From NCBI GenBank assembly GCA_038212275.1, contig JBBQUR010000008.1:64001-128000 (forward strand): DNA of 64,000 nt, read 5' to 3'. Below the pieces are notes generated by a model, which ran no database searches, was not told the origin of the DNA, and saw only the letters and a list, made by a program, of their open reading frames with translations. The DNA is from Planctomycetota bacterium (lineage in GTDB: Bacteria > Planctomycetota > B15-G4). A program made the translations under genes and the position numbers. The number at the start of each line of letters is the position of its first letter. Position 1 is the stretch's first letter. Below, one piece after another: positions 50,507 to 60,819 of the stretch.

Positions 50507-51579
50507 GGTCGCTTCCCCGCGCGACGCTCGCGGGCAACACGGCGAGCACGTCGCTGGACGCGCTGGGCTTCGACGGACTTTCCGCGCTGTGTCGTTCGAG
50601 CGCTGCGAGACATGTCCCCGATGCACTCGGCGGCTTCGATGCACGCTGGGAGCTGCCCGTCGCGTACTCCGAGGCGCGGGCACACCGGCTCGTCGAGGAC
50701 TACGGCGCGTGCGCCGTATGCGAGAACCGCACCTGTCCCGCTGCAGACATCGCGCCGCTGCCCGGTGACGACCTCGCGTGGCTCACGCCCAATCTCTACC
50801 CCATCCTGCTGCCATCCGAAGCCGCCACGATGTCCTCGAACCCGACGGCCGGCATCGAGGCACCCGGCCTGCACCTGCACGGCCTGCACCTCGTGCACTG
50901 GAGTTCGCTGCGACACGAGGGCGGGCTCATCGGCGCGGACGGCCCCACTGCCGCGGCGCTGCTCGCGCAACTCGCGCGCGCCGAGGATTTCCTGCTGCAC
51001 CGCAGCGGCGCGGAGTTTCCGCCGAGCGGCGTCGGTGCCGACGGACTGGCGCACCGCGGACACGCCGGCCTGATCAAGAACCGCGGCAGGCGCGTCGGCG
51101 GTTCCGTCGAACACGACCACCAGCAGATCCTGCTCTGCAACCAGCCCTTCGCGGAACCGCCGCGCTCGCGCGGACTGCGCGCGCGCCTGCTGCGCGACGC
51201 GACACCCGCGCTGGCCGTCGACGACATCGACGGTTTGGCGCGCACGCTCGTGCCGTCGTTCATGCGCCGCCCGCTGCACGCCTTCATCGTTCCGGCCTCG
51301 GACGACGCGGGCTGGCTGCACCACCTCGACGAGCGCGTGCGCGATGCCTGCGCGCTGGCCATCGCGCGGCTCACGCATGCGGTCTCCGCCGCGATGGATG
51401 CGCACGGCCAGGAACCGGCCTGGAATCTCACCTGCCTCGCGGGCGAGGGCTGCGGCCCCGTCTTCGAGCTGCGCGCCTTCACGCAACCTCTCGGCGGCTA
51501 CGAACACCTCGGCCTGTACCTCTGCGAGGAACGCCCGGCGACGTCCGCGGCGCGCCTGCGCGAAGCGCTGCCGGGATGA
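50503..51579 (+). CDS. Divergent GalT/HIT-superfamily nucleotidyltransferase-like protein
   Basis: CxxC 'CAVC', 'PNLYP', '[16 protein letters not shown]' (cf. GalT GASxxHPHxQ), C-terminal 'GGYE..G.Y..PA.SA..LR'; GTGA overlap with thiG. Confidence 0.65.
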   Translation: MRSLPRATLAGNTASTSLDALGFDGLSALCRSSAARHVPDALGGFDARWELPVAYSEARAHRLVEDYGACAVCENRTCPAADIAPLPGDDLAWLTPNLYPILLPSEAATMSSNPTAGIEAPGLHLHGLHLVHWSSLRHEGGLIGADGPTAAALLAQLARAEDFLLHRSGAEFPPSGVGADGLAHRGHAGLIKNRGRRVGGSVEHDHQQILLCNQPFAEPPRSRGLRARLLRDATPALAVDDIDGLARTLVPSFMRRPLHAFIVPASDDAGWLHHLDERVRDACALAIARLTHAVSAAMDAHGQEPAWNLTCLAGEGCGPVFELRAFTQPLGGYEHLGLYLCEERPATSAARLREALPG

Positions 51580-51694
51580 GCGTCGTGCCGGAGGCACGCG
51601 GCCTGGTGCGCAGCTTTCCGGCACGACGACGCTTCTGCACGGTCTCGCCGCCGGGGGTGCGCTCGCCGACGCCCCGCCGCGCACCCCGAGGCCG

Positions 51695-52300
51695 TCACGA
51701 CGAACGCGTGCTGCCTTGCTGCGGGTGCTCCCGGAGGGCCGCCCGCAGCGCCTCGACGCGCTTGCGATTGGCGCCGAGATCAGAGTAGCCGATGCGCGAG
51801 GCCGAGCGCACCTGAATGACGCCCGCTTCGGCATCGAGCCGGAACTCCACGTCATCCACGAAGCGGAAGATCAGGCTCGTGAACTCCACGTGGAGGTAGT
51901 CCGTCGTCTGCAGCACGATATGCGTGCGCGGCCACTCCGCCACGACGGCCAGCAGCGCGGCCCACGCTGCCGGCGCCGGCCCGCGGAACGACAGCGGCGC
52001 GATGGCGTGCTCCGTGTCGGGTGCGGCCACACCGCCCGCCGTGCCCGCCGTGCCCGTCGCATCGCCCGCCACGCCCGGCGCGCCGGGCGCGCCGGGCGCG
52101 CTGCCGCCTGGCACCTCGCTGCAGACGCAGTTGGGCGAAGCGGGACATGGAGCAAGGCGGCCATCGGGCCCGCGCAGGTCGGCGGCACGCGGCGCGCCGC
52201 TCACGCAGCCCAGCCCTGCGCCGCCGAGCAGCACGAGAAGTACGGGCAGCAGAAGGACCGCGAGCCACGCACGCCGCCGCCTCGGGGCACGCCCCCTCAA
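51695..52300 (-). CDS. DUF1499 family lipoprotein
   Basis: 'GRLAPCPASPNCVCS', 'FRFVDDVEF', 'VRSASRIGYSDLGANRKR'; lipobox GLGC; TTG start overlapping upstream stop. Confidence 0.88.
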   Translation of the reverse strand: MRGRAPRRRRAWLAVLLLPVLLVLLGGAGLGCVSGAPRAADLRGPDGRLAPCPASPNCVCSEVPGGSAPGAPGAPGVAGDATGTAGTAGGVAAPDTEHAIAPLSFRGPAPAAWAALLAVVAEWPRTHIVLQTTDYLHVEFTSLIFRFVDDVEFRLDAEAGVIQVRSASRIGYSDLGANRKRVEALRAALREHPQQGSTRSS

Positions 52301-52740
52301 CGCCCCGCCGTCGCGCCGGCCTTCTGCTTCAGGCGCGCCTGGAAGAGATCCAGCAGGCGCTTGCCGGTAGCCGTCTGCGTGGCCACCCACTCGGCATGCA
52401 CGAAGGCGTGCGACGAGGCCTCTTCGCGGAATCGCTTCAGGAAAGGCAGCACCTTGCTGAAGAGGAACATGCCCTCGCCGCTGTTCTCGACGAGGTATTC
52501 GGCGGCCACGATCTCGTGGTGCGCCATGCCGTAGACCATCTCCCAGTACGAGGCCGTCTGGCGGAAGGCCGCATTGTGCGGGTGCTCGGGCTTCGTGATC
52601 GCGATGAAGTCCTCCCAGGTCTCCGGGAAGAACTTGCCGTTGATCGCGTCGCGCGACGCGCGCATCACGGGCTCGCGACGCAGCTCGTACAGCTTGAGCA
52701 CCAGCTCTGCATCGTGGTGGTCGGGTTTGTCCTTGGCCAT
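52297..52740 (-). CDS. Hypothetical protein (DUF4760-like, helical)
   Basis: 'DAELVLKLYELRREPVMRASR', 'YWEM'; AGGAG RBS; strong GC3 bias. Confidence 0.7.
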   Translation of the reverse strand: MAKDKPDHHDAELVLKLYELRREPVMRASRDAINGKFFPETWEDFIAITKPEHPHNAAFRQTASYWEMVYGMAHHEIVAAEYLVENSGEGMFLFSKVLPFLKRFREEASSHAFVHAEWVATQTATGKRLLDLFQARLKQKAGATAGR

Positions 52741-52817
52741 GACAGGTCTCCTGAAATCACGTAGAGAAGTGAGGGAAATGGGGAAGGATCGCGCGCGTGG
52801 TGCGGAGGGACGCGACC

Positions 52818-53897
52818 TCAGCGCTGGAAGATGGGCAGGTATCCGAGGGGCACCTGCAAGCTGAGGGTCACGATGGCGGTGCCGTAGACCGGGCCGTAGT
52901 CCCCTCCGGGAAAGCTGCCGTCGGGACGCTGGCGCCCGGCCGACTCCTCGACGAAGCGCCCCCACCAGCGCTCGAAGGCGCGCTGGTCATTGCCCTGCCA
53001 GTAGGCCTGCGCCGCGTAGAGCGCGCCGTACTCCTGGAAGTTCTCGACCTCGCCCACGCCGGCGATCGGGTCGCTGCGCTGCATCGCCTCGAAGCCGGAG
53101 CGCCACTCCTCGCTGCCGTAGTCGCCCAGCGCATTGAGCGTGGAGAGCGCGGCCGCCGTGAGCGCCCAGCTCGTCTTGGGGTCGTAGAGCGCGTAGCGAA
53201 AGCGGCCGTTCTCCTTGTCCTGGCTCGCCTTCACGTAGCGCACGGCCTTGTCGATGACGCCGCCGTCCACGCGGAAGCCCACATCACGCGCGGCCCGCAG
53301 CGCCTGGATCATGCACACGGTGATGGAGTTCTCGTGCTCGGCCACCTTGGTCGGCTCGTACCACCATCCGCCGAGTTCGCCCTGCGTGCGCTCGATGAGT
53401 TCCACGGCGCGCGTGATGGCGGCGCGCAGCCGGTCGCGCGGCTCGCGCTGCGCCTCGTCGCTGCCGTACATGCCGACCGCCTGCGTGAGCGCCAGCAGCG
53501 CGTAGCCCTGGCCGTGCATCTTGCTCGTCGTGTCGCGGTCGTCCTCGAAGAAGCCGCTGTACTTGCCGTCCATGGTGCAGTGGTCCACGAGCCAGTCGAT
53601 CGCGCGCTTCACGGCGCGTTCGTGCGGCCCGCGGTCGGGCAGGTTGCCCGCCGCCATGAGCGACAGCGCGGCCAGCGCGGTGACCGCCACCGGCGCGGGA
53701 TTGCCGTCCATGCCGCGGACGAGTGAGAAGCTGCCGTCCTTGTTCTGCTGGTTGATGAGCCACTCCTGGCCGGACGAGACGAGCGACGTCACCTGCGCGA
53801 CGCGCAGGCGGTCGTCCTGCCTGGCCGGCTCGTCGCTGCGAGGTGCAGGCACGAGCGCGCCGACCACGAGCAGTGCGGACGTCAGCGCGGCGATCAC
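52818..53897 (-). CDS. Secreted prenyltransferase/squalene-oxidase-repeat (alpha/alpha barrel) protein
   Basis: QW-like repeats 'QNKDGSF', 'GGWWY', 'GRFRY', 'QRPDGSF'; 'MHGQGYA'; ends 'YLPIFQR'. Confidence 0.85.
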   Translation of the reverse strand: MIAALTSALLVVGALVPAPRSDEPARQDDRLRVAQVTSLVSSGQEWLINQQNKDGSFSLVRGMDGNPAPVAVTALAALSLMAAGNLPDRGPHERAVKRAIDWLVDHCTMDGKYSGFFEDDRDTTSKMHGQGYALLALTQAVGMYGSDEAQREPRDRLRAAITRAVELIERTQGELGGWWYEPTKVAEHENSITVCMIQALRAARDVGFRVDGGVIDKAVRYVKASQDKENGRFRYALYDPKTSWALTAAALSTLNALGDYGSEEWRSGFEAMQRSDPIAGVGEVENFQEYGALYAAQAYWQGNDQRAFERWWGRFVEESAGRQRPDGSFPGGDYGPVYGTAIVTLSLQVPLGYLPIFQR

Positions 53898-54676
53898 CTC
53901 GTGCGGCCTTCCTGTTCGCGGCTGTTCAGAGCCTTGATGTAGGCCTCCAGCCAGGCGCGATAGCGTTCGGGCACGTCATCCACATGCAGGTTCATCAGGC
54001 GCTCCTGCAGCTTGGGCGGCAGCAGACCCCAGCGCGCATCGGTGTCGGTGCGCGTGAATTTGCCGGTCTCGTCGGGAGGCACCGTCCTGCCCTGCTCGTT
54101 CCCACCCGGCGTGCTGTCGGCCTGCTCGGAGCCCTTGGGCTTGCTGCCGCCCTGCTCGCGCCCCTTCTCGCCGTCCGCGGGCTTCTCGCCACCCGAAGGC
54201 TTCTCGCCGTCCTTGCCGCCGGTGGGCTTCGGCGCCTGCGAGCCGTCGCTCGGCCGCGGCGCCGGGCTGGCGCCCGACGGTTCGCCGCCGCTCTTGCCGG
54301 ACTTGCCGCCTTTGCCGCCCTGGCCGCTCGAACTGTTGCTCTGCTGGTACTTGATCTGCTTGATGAGCGCGTCGATGTCGCGAATCACCTCGAGGTGCTT
54401 GCGCCTTGCTGTCTCGATGCCGTCGGAGGCGGTGCGCGCCTCGGAGGCAGTCTCCAGCGCCGCGTCCACTTCCGCGAGCGAACCCTGGATGCGGCGCACG
54501 AGCGCCTCGGCCTCCTCGGCAGTCCCTTCCACGCCGACCCCGGAACCGGCGCCGGGTTCGCCGCCCTGAGGGCCGGGACGATCCTGCGCGCGCGCCGTCG
54601 GGCCGGCGCAGAGCGTGGCACCCGCAAGCAGCAGCACGACCAACCCATGCGAGAACCGGCTGTTCATGCAGTTCAT
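53894..54676 (-). CDS. Secreted helical/low-complexity hypothetical protein
   Basis: Signal peptide, coiled coil, G/K/P-rich linker, C-terminal 'WGLLPPKLQE..VPERYRAWLEAY'. Confidence 0.75.
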   Translation of the reverse strand: MNCMNSRFSHGLVVLLLAGATLCAGPTARAQDRPGPQGGEPGAGSGVGVEGTAEEAEALVRRIQGSLAEVDAALETASEARTASDGIETARRKHLEVIRDIDALIKQIKYQQSNSSSGQGGKGGKSGKSGGEPSGASPAPRPSDGSQAPKPTGGKDGEKPSGGEKPADGEKGREQGGSKPKGSEQADSTPGGNEQGRTVPPDETGKFTRTDTDARWGLLPPKLQERLMNLHVDDVPERYRAWLEAYIKALNSREQEGRTR

Positions 54677-57228
54677 GGCTTCTCCGTGCCGGGCTGCGGC
54701 GGGTCGGGTTGCGGCGGGTCGGGTTGCGGGGGCTCGGGGCCATCGGGTTGCGGCGCCTCGGGATGGGCGCCGTTCGGACCGGCGGGACCGCCCGCACCCT
54801 GCGGGATCATCTTCCTGAACAGGTCGGTGACGGCCATGTGCTCGAGCGCCCAGCGGCCGAGCAGTTCGCTCTCCACCGGATCGAGACCGCCTTCGGTGCT
54901 CACTCCCGGAGTCGCGCGCGTGAAGTTCTCCAGCCGCGCCAGCGCCGCCTGCTCCATGCGCTGCACGAGCAGCAGTTCCGCCACGGTCGGCACGAGCGGA
55001 GTCTTCTGCTCCTGCTGCGGCTCGCCCTCCTTGGGGGGTTCGGTCTTGGCCTGGCGCCGCCGCTCCTGCTCTCCATCGAGCACGGCAAGCAGGTCCACCA
55101 GCCTCTGGTGCACGTCCCCCTGCACGGACTGCACGAGGTAGCCGGTCTGCTCGTCGGCGAGCAGCTGTCCGGCGGCCTCCAGGTCGTTGCGGCAGTGATC
55201 CATCGCGAAGGTGAAGGCCACCGAGCCGTCCTTCTCCAGCGCCGCGCGCAGCGTCTCGGCCTGCACCGCAAGATCCTTCTCGGTGGTGGCGAGGCGCGTG
55301 GCCGTGCGCCGCTGGCTGCGCCCGAGTCGATCGCCGTCGCCGCGACTCGCGTCCAGCTCCAGCGTCTCTGACGTGACCGCGTCATGCTTCTCGAGCAACG
55401 ACTTCAGCTCCTCGCCCACGCGGAAGAGGACTTCCTCCTGGCGCAGCTGCTCGTAGCGGTCGCGTTCGCCGGAGAGCTTCTTCTGGGCCTCCTCGAGCTG
55501 CTCGGCCGCCTCTTCCTCGCGCACTGCGGCCTCGTCCGTGCGCGCCTCGCGCAGCGCAGACTCCGCCTGGCCCATCGCCTCGCCGGCGCGACTCGACGCC
55601 TTGCGGTATTCCTGGTCCGGGAGCTCCTCGAGCCGCGCCATGAGCTCCGTCACCTGGCGCTGCAGCTCCTGCTGCTCGCTGGCGAGCGTCGCAAGCTCGG
55701 CGGCCTCGGGCTTGCGCGGCGTGGTGTCCGGATGCTCGCCCGCGCGCGCCTGCAATTGCCGGATGAGGTCATCGAGGCTGGTGCGGGCGGCCTGCTGCGC
55801 TGCGCCGGCCGCGGCGGTGTCGCCCTCCTCGATGGCGGCTGCGGACTTCTGCAGGTCTTCCAGGAGCTGGCGCGTGCGATCGAGCATCTCGGGCCCGGCC
55901 TCGGGCGTCACGGCCTCGAGACGCTCCGCGAGATCCTTCATCGTGTCGGCCTGCTTGCCGGCCTCTGCGCTGGACGCCGCGGCGAGAGCGCGCGCGCGAT
56001 TGCGCGCCGCGTTCAAGCTGCGCTCGGAACGCTCGAGCGCGTCCCGAGTGTCCTTCAACGCGGCCGTGGCCTCGTCCATTGCCTCACGGGCCGCGGTCGC
56101 CTGCGCGCTCCGGGGAGGCTCGGCCTCGCCGGTCATCGACTCGCCGTCGGCCGACGGCGGCTGCGCCTCACCCTCGGCACCCTTGGGCTGCGCGCCTGCG
56201 TCCGGCTTGCCGCTGGCCTCAGAGCCCTTCGGCGCGCCCGCGTCGCCGGTCTTGCCCGCGTCGCCGGTCTTGCCCGACTCGCCGGTTTTCGTCGCCGAGG
56301 GCGCGCCGGCCGGGGTCTCGCCCGCAGCCTGCTTGGCGTCGCCTGACGATCCTTCCAATTGCTTGCGCGCGGTCTCCATCGCCGCGGCGGCTTTCTCGGC
56401 GGCAGCGCCGGCCTCGTCGCGCGCGGCCTGCGCCGCCGACATCAGCTCGTCGCCGAGCACGGCCGCTCCGGTCTCGCCCTGCGCGGCATTCGCCGGCTGC
56501 GCCAGACGCTCACGCAACAGCGCGAGGCCTTCCTGCAACAGCGACTGAGTCTCCGCGTCAGCGGCCGGGTCCTGCGCCAGCGCGGTCTGCTCCTGCAGAA
56601 GCGCCTCGGCCAGCGCACTGTCCCCCAGCGACTGCTCGGCGGCCTGCGTCGAGGCGGTCGCGCCGTCCGCCGCCGACAACGACTGCTGCAACTGCCGCGC
56701 CAGCTCCAGCGCCTTCTGCAGCAGGTCGCCCGGCTTGTCCGTGGCGGCTCGCGTGCGTGCGAGCAGGCGGCGCTCGTTCTGCGCGAGGAAGCCGAGCTGT
56801 TCCACCGCCTTGCGAGCCAAGTCCGCCTGGCGCTGCAGTTCGTCCGCATCGCGACGATCGCGCAGCACCGAGTAGACCTGCTCGAGCGAGGTCACGAGCG
56901 CATCCTGCTGCTCGACGCTGGAGAGGTTGGACTGGGACAGGTTGCGATCGAGCTCGCGCGCGACGGCCTGCACCTGCTTGGCGTCGAACTCGGCCAGCGC
57001 CTCGCGCAGCAGCGTCGCATTGCGCGTGCGGCCCTCGGTGTCGTAGCGCTGCGCGAGCCGCTCCATCTTCTCGCGCAGCCCGACGATGCGCACGCCGATG
57101 CGCGACTGGTCGCGCTGCACGCGCGCGAGGTCGTTGCCGGCCGGCGCCACGCCGTCGTCCTCCTGGCCGCGCGCGGCCGCCGCGCAGCAGCCGAGCACGA
57201 GCACCGCATTCCTGAGGATGTGTCGCAT
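54673..57228 (-). CDS. Large secreted coiled-coil protein (DUF4175-like)
   Basis: Signal peptide; A/E/Q/L-rich heptads; overlaps both neighbours. Confidence 0.75.
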   Translation of the reverse strand: MRHILRNAVLVLGCCAAAARGQEDDGVAPAGNDLARVQRDQSRIGVRIVGLREKMERLAQRYDTEGRTRNATLLREALAEFDAKQVQAVARELDRNLSQSNLSSVEQQDALVTSLEQVYSVLRDRRDADELQRQADLARKAVEQLGFLAQNERRLLARTRAATDKPGDLLQKALELARQLQQSLSAADGATASTQAAEQSLGDSALAEALLQEQTALAQDPAADAETQSLLQEGLALLRERLAQPANAAQGETGAAVLGDELMSAAQAARDEAGAAAEKAAAAMETARKQLEGSSGDAKQAAGETPAGAPSATKTGESGKTGDAGKTGDAGAPKGSEASGKPDAGAQPKGAEGEAQPPSADGESMTGEAEPPRSAQATAAREAMDEATAALKDTRDALERSERSLNAARNRARALAAASSAEAGKQADTMKDLAERLEAVTPEAGPEMLDRTRQLLEDLQKSAAAIEEGDTAAAGAAQQAARTSLDDLIRQLQARAGEHPDTTPRKPEAAELATLASEQQELQRQVTELMARLEELPDQEYRKASSRAGEAMGQAESALREARTDEAAVREEEAAEQLEEAQKKLSGERDRYEQLRQEEVLFRVGEELKSLLEKHDAVTSETLELDASRGDGDRLGRSQRRTATRLATTEKDLAVQAETLRAALEKDGSVAFTFAMDHCRNDLEAAGQLLADEQTGYLVQSVQGDVHQRLVDLLAVLDGEQERRRQAKTEPPKEGEPQQEQKTPLVPTVAELLLVQRMEQAALARLENFTRATPGVSTEGGLDPVESELLGRWALEHMAVTDLFRKMIPQGAGGPAGPNGAHPEAPQPDGPEPPQPDPPQPDPPQPGTEKP

Positions 57229-59489
57229 CAGTTGGGTCCTCGCGTGCCGGAGAGCGCCGCCTGGGTGCGCGCGCGCAGGCTGCGCTGGTCGTCGATGAGC
57301 GACTTCACCAGCAGCAGCACTTCCTGGTAGTCCTCCCACTCATCCATGCGGGCGAGCAACTGGTCGAGCCCGGCGAGCACAGTCGCCTGCGACTCCGCCG
57401 CCGCGAGCAGGATCGCCTTGCCCGGCGCCGAGCGCGCCTCGGTGAGCAGCTTGTGCGCGGCCGGCGAGGTGTCCTGCTCGATGGTCAGGGCCAGGCCGGT
57501 CATGTCGAGCAGGCGGCCGACGAGGTCGAGCCGGCCGAAGGCTCCCGCGGCGTAGTCCGCGGACAGCGCGCGCCATGTGGCCGAAGAGTCGCTGTCGTCC
57601 AGCGGCGCGGCCTGCCAGTCGGCGAGTCGGCGGTTCAGCACGGGCGTGGCGCCCGGGCCCGGATCGAGCCGGTTGAACAACGTGTCCTCGAGCACGCCGC
57701 ACAGCTCGCGCACCTCGCGCGTCAGGCGCGTGGTCACCTGGTTCTGCGCGACGACCGCCGCCACGAGCTCCGAGTCGTCCCCGGCGGGCGGCGTCTCCGC
57801 AAGCACGAGCACGTTCTCGCGCGCGACCTGCTGGCGTTCGCGGATCGTCTTGAACGACTCCTTGAGGCGCAGCTGGCGATCGGCGAGCAGCCGCTGGACC
57901 TCGCTGTCCTCCACGATGTCGACGCGTCGCCCCTCGGCGGTGGCGAGCTGCGGCCCCTTGCCGGGCAGATCGCGCCCGTCTGCGGCGGTGATGCGGTAGC
58001 TCAGCACGCCGAGGCGCGGGCTCGTCGTGAGGTCGAGCAGCAGACGGTAATTCCCCGGCCGCGTCGGATCGGCAAGCAGGTCCTGGACCTTGCCCTCGCC
58101 GAAGTCCACGCGCACCGATTCCACCTTGTGATCGTCCTCGGCGATGACCGCGAAGGGCACGACGGCGCGCGCCGTGACCTTGATGTCCGAGCGCGCCGGC
58201 GCGAAGAGGCGCAGCGTCGGCGGACGATCGGACTGCACGAGCAGAGCGTGATGGCTCGGGTCCGGCGTGGCCAGTCCGTGCTCGCCGGCGAGCACGATGG
58301 ACAGCGAGTCCGAATCGGTCGCCGTGAAGCTCGCCGTGACGCGCGTCGGAACGCTTGTCGTGTCGAGAGTCAGCGGCAGCGGCTCGGGGCGCGACGAGAG
58401 CTGCAGCGTGCCGCCGGTGACGTCGCCCTGCACCGTGCCGAGCACCGTGATCGCGGTGCCCTCGGGCACCACCAGCCCGGCTGGCCCCACCGTGCTTTCG
58501 GCCAGGCCCAGATACGCGGGCGGGACCAGCGTGAACTGCGGCTCGTCGAGGCGCGGCGGCTCGATGACGAGCAGCGCTCGTGCGGTGTCCGCGCCGTCGT
58601 CGTCGCCGCCGCGCACGAAGAGGCTCGTGTCGCCGCGCTCGATGCCGATGCGCCCGCGCCAGCCGTCACCAGCCTCGCCGGACATCGTGACGGCGCGCTC
58701 GCCGCGCTCGCCGCGCACGACGAGCTCCACGCGGGACGGCACCTTGCCCGAGATCTGCGCCTGGGCCTCGACCACGCCGCCACGCGCCGCGATGACCGAG
58801 CCGTCCTCCGCCAGCACGTGGCCCGGTCCGCGCTCCGGCAGCACGAGCGTCATGCGCGTGTCGCGCGGCCAGGCGGCATCGTGCAGCGTCCAGCGCCGCA
58901 CGAAGACGTCCGTGAACGGGTGCAGGGCGAGCACCAGCGTCGCGAGCAGGGCCAGCGCACCGGCGGCCTTCAGCAGCTCCCGGCGCATCGGGCGCGCGGT
59001 GAGCACGACGCGCAGGTCGCGCGCGCGGCACTGCGCGGAGGCTTCGTCCAGCAGGCGCTGCTCGAGCGAGCCGTCCGAACCGCCGCCGATCTGCAACGCC
59101 GAGATGACCCGCCCTTCGAGCTCGGGCAGCCCCGCCTCGACGAGCCGCGCCGCCTCGGCGCGATCGGGCCCGCGGAACAGCGGCCGTCCCAGCCGCAACC
59201 AGGCCTGGCGCCCCAGCAGCACGGCCGCGGCGACCAGCACCGCGGCGCGCACGGGCATCGGGAGCGAGAGCCAGCGGTCCGCGACGTAGGCCGCGATGAC
59301 GGCGAGCACGAGCAGCCCGACGAGCCGCGCCAGCCCGTGACCGAGGCGCAGCATCCGCACGCGGGCCAGCACCTGGTCGAGCCGGCGGTGCAGCTCGTCC
59401 ATCCCGCGACCGCCGGGCACGGCGACCGGCCGCCCGGGCGTCGTCGGGCGATCCGGGTCGGGCGGGGTGTTTCGGGACTGGGTGCTCAT
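57228..59489 (-). CDS. Membrane protein with Ig-like domains and C-terminal coiled coil (DUF4175-like N-terminus)
   Basis: 3 TM helices; 'AARLVE..PELEGRVISALQ', 'RGGD', 'PPAYLG', 'DRPP', 'AEDD'. Confidence 0.78.
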   Translation of the reverse strand: MSTQSRNTPPDPDRPTTPGRPVAVPGGRGMDELHRRLDQVLARVRMLRLGHGLARLVGLLVLAVIAAYVADRWLSLPMPVRAAVLVAAAVLLGRQAWLRLGRPLFRGPDRAEAARLVEAGLPELEGRVISALQIGGGSDGSLEQRLLDEASAQCRARDLRVVLTARPMRRELLKAAGALALLATLVLALHPFTDVFVRRWTLHDAAWPRDTRMTLVLPERGPGHVLAEDGSVIAARGGVVEAQAQISGKVPSRVELVVRGERGERAVTMSGEAGDGWRGRIGIERGDTSLFVRGGDDDGADTARALLVIEPPRLDEPQFTLVPPAYLGLAESTVGPAGLVVPEGTAITVLGTVQGDVTGGTLQLSSRPEPLPLTLDTTSVPTRVTASFTATDSDSLSIVLAGEHGLATPDPSHHALLVQSDRPPTLRLFAPARSDIKVTARAVVPFAVIAEDDHKVESVRVDFGEGKVQDLLADPTRPGNYRLLLDLTTSPRLGVLSYRITAADGRDLPGKGPQLATAEGRRVDIVEDSEVQRLLADRQLRLKESFKTIRERQQVARENVLVLAETPPAGDDSELVAAVVAQNQVTTRLTREVRELCGVLEDTLFNRLDPGPGATPVLNRRLADWQAAPLDDSDSSATWRALSADYAAGAFGRLDLVGRLLDMTGLALTIEQDTSPAAHKLLTEARSAPGKAILLAAAESQATVLAGLDQLLARMDEWEDYQEVLLLVKSLIDDQRSLRARTQAALSGTRGPN

Positions 59490-59514
59490 CTCGCGGTGCT
59501 CGTATCGTGCCGGT

Positions 59515-60819
59515 TCAGCGCTGGAAGATCGGGAGGTAGCCGTACGGCAGGGACAGGATGATGGCGCCGACGGCGGCGGAGAAGTTCGTGCCGGGACCGG
59601 CCGTGCAGGGCCACGTGCCGCTGGGCAGCTGCCCGCGGATCAGCTCCTCGCGCATCTTCGGGTAGTACCAGGCCCAGGCCTTGCCCCCGATGACGTAGAG
59701 CGCCTGCGTCGCGTAGTAATGCCCGTACCAGTAGAAGAAGTGAAAGGTGTACGGCGACTTGCCCGAGACCAGGTCGTAGTGGTCCAGCAGGAAGTCGATG
59801 CTGGCGTTCAGGTCGATCGTCGAGGCCTGCTTGCTGTCCGCGAGCAGGGCCTGCAGCGTGGTGCCGTAGTTGCCGGTGTTGTGCAGCGCCGCGATGCCGG
59901 CCGCCGTGAGCGCGAAGGAGCTGCGCGTGTTGCGCTGCGCCTGGTAGCGGAAGCTGCCCTTGCCGATGCGGTAGTAGTCGTCGAAGCCGAATCCGTAGCC
60001 GCCCTCGTCCCGCGTGACGTAGCTGCGCGCGACGTAGGCCGCGGCGCGATCGATCGTGCTGCGCGGCACGCGGATGCCGACGTTGCGCGCGCCGCGCAGC
60101 GCGTTCAGCTGGCACACCGTGATGGACATGTCCGACTCGACCGCGAAGGGCATGTAGCGCCAGGCGCCTTCCTGGTTCTGGCAGGCCACGATGTAGTCGA
60201 CGGCGGACTGCAGCTTGTCGCGCACGTCGGCGCGCTCGGTCATGCCGTAGACCTCGGCCAGGAAGAGCGTCCCGAAGGCGTGGCTGTACATGCGCGTGTC
60301 GTGCGCCGCGATGAAGCCCTCGTCGTTGACGCAGTCGAGCACGAAGTCCGTGGCACGGCCGATGACATCGCCGTACACGCCGCGACCGGGAAGGTTTCCC
60401 GCCGCGAGATACGCGAGGCCCGCGAGCGCCGTGACGCCCACGTGGTGCTGGTGGTCGGCCGTGATCTCGTAGGCCTGGTTGAGCTTGAAGCCCACGTCCG
60501 CCGTCCAGCTGCCGTCGGCGTTCTGCTGCTCAGCGAGGAAGGCGAGGGCCCGGTTCACCGCAGCGACGGAAGCAGGAGTGATGTCCGCGCCATCATCATT
60601 CCCCGCCTGCAGCGTCCAGGCGGCGGTATCGCCATCCGGCTGGCTGGCATCCGGCCTGCCGACACCCGCAGCGCCCGCGCCAGGCCTGGCCGCCCCGCCC
60701 TTCGGCGCGCTCTGCGCTGCGCCGGTGGCCGGCGCGCCGCCCTCCTCCACCTGCGCTGCCAGCGCGCCGGCGCCGGCGAGCAGCACGACGCACATGCGGA
60801 CCATGCCAGTCGGGCTCAT
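59515..60819 (-). CDS. Secreted prenyltransferase/squalene-oxidase-repeat protein
   Basis: 'QNADGSW', 'MYSHAFGTLFLAE', 'QNQEGAWRY', 'YGHYYA', ends 'YLPIFQR'. Confidence 0.87.
   Translation of the reverse strand: MSPTGMVRMCVVLLAGAGALAAQVEEGGAPATGAAQSAPKGGAARPGAGAAGVGRPDASQPDGDTAAWTLQAGNDDGADITPASVAAVNRALAFLAEQQNADGSWTADVGFKLNQAYEITADHQHHVGVTALAGLAYLAAGNLPGRGVYGDVIGRATDFVLDCVNDEGFIAAHDTRMYSHAFGTLFLAEVYGMTERADVRDKLQSAVDYIVACQNQEGAWRYMPFAVESDMSITVCQLNALRGARNVGIRVPRSTIDRAAAYVARSYVTRDEGGYGFGFDDYYRIGKGSFRYQAQRNTRSSFALTAAGIAALHNTGNYGTTLQALLADSKQASTIDLNASIDFLLDHYDLVSGKSPYTFHFFYWYGHYYATQALYVIGGKAWAWYYPKMREELIRGQLPSGTWPCTAGPGTNFSAAVGAIILSLPYGYLPIFQR

Noticed and set aside
52818..60819. Squalene-hopene cyclase / terpene biosynthetic cluster
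   Set aside because: Single-barrel secreted proteins, no DXDD motif seen, no isoprenoid genes nearby
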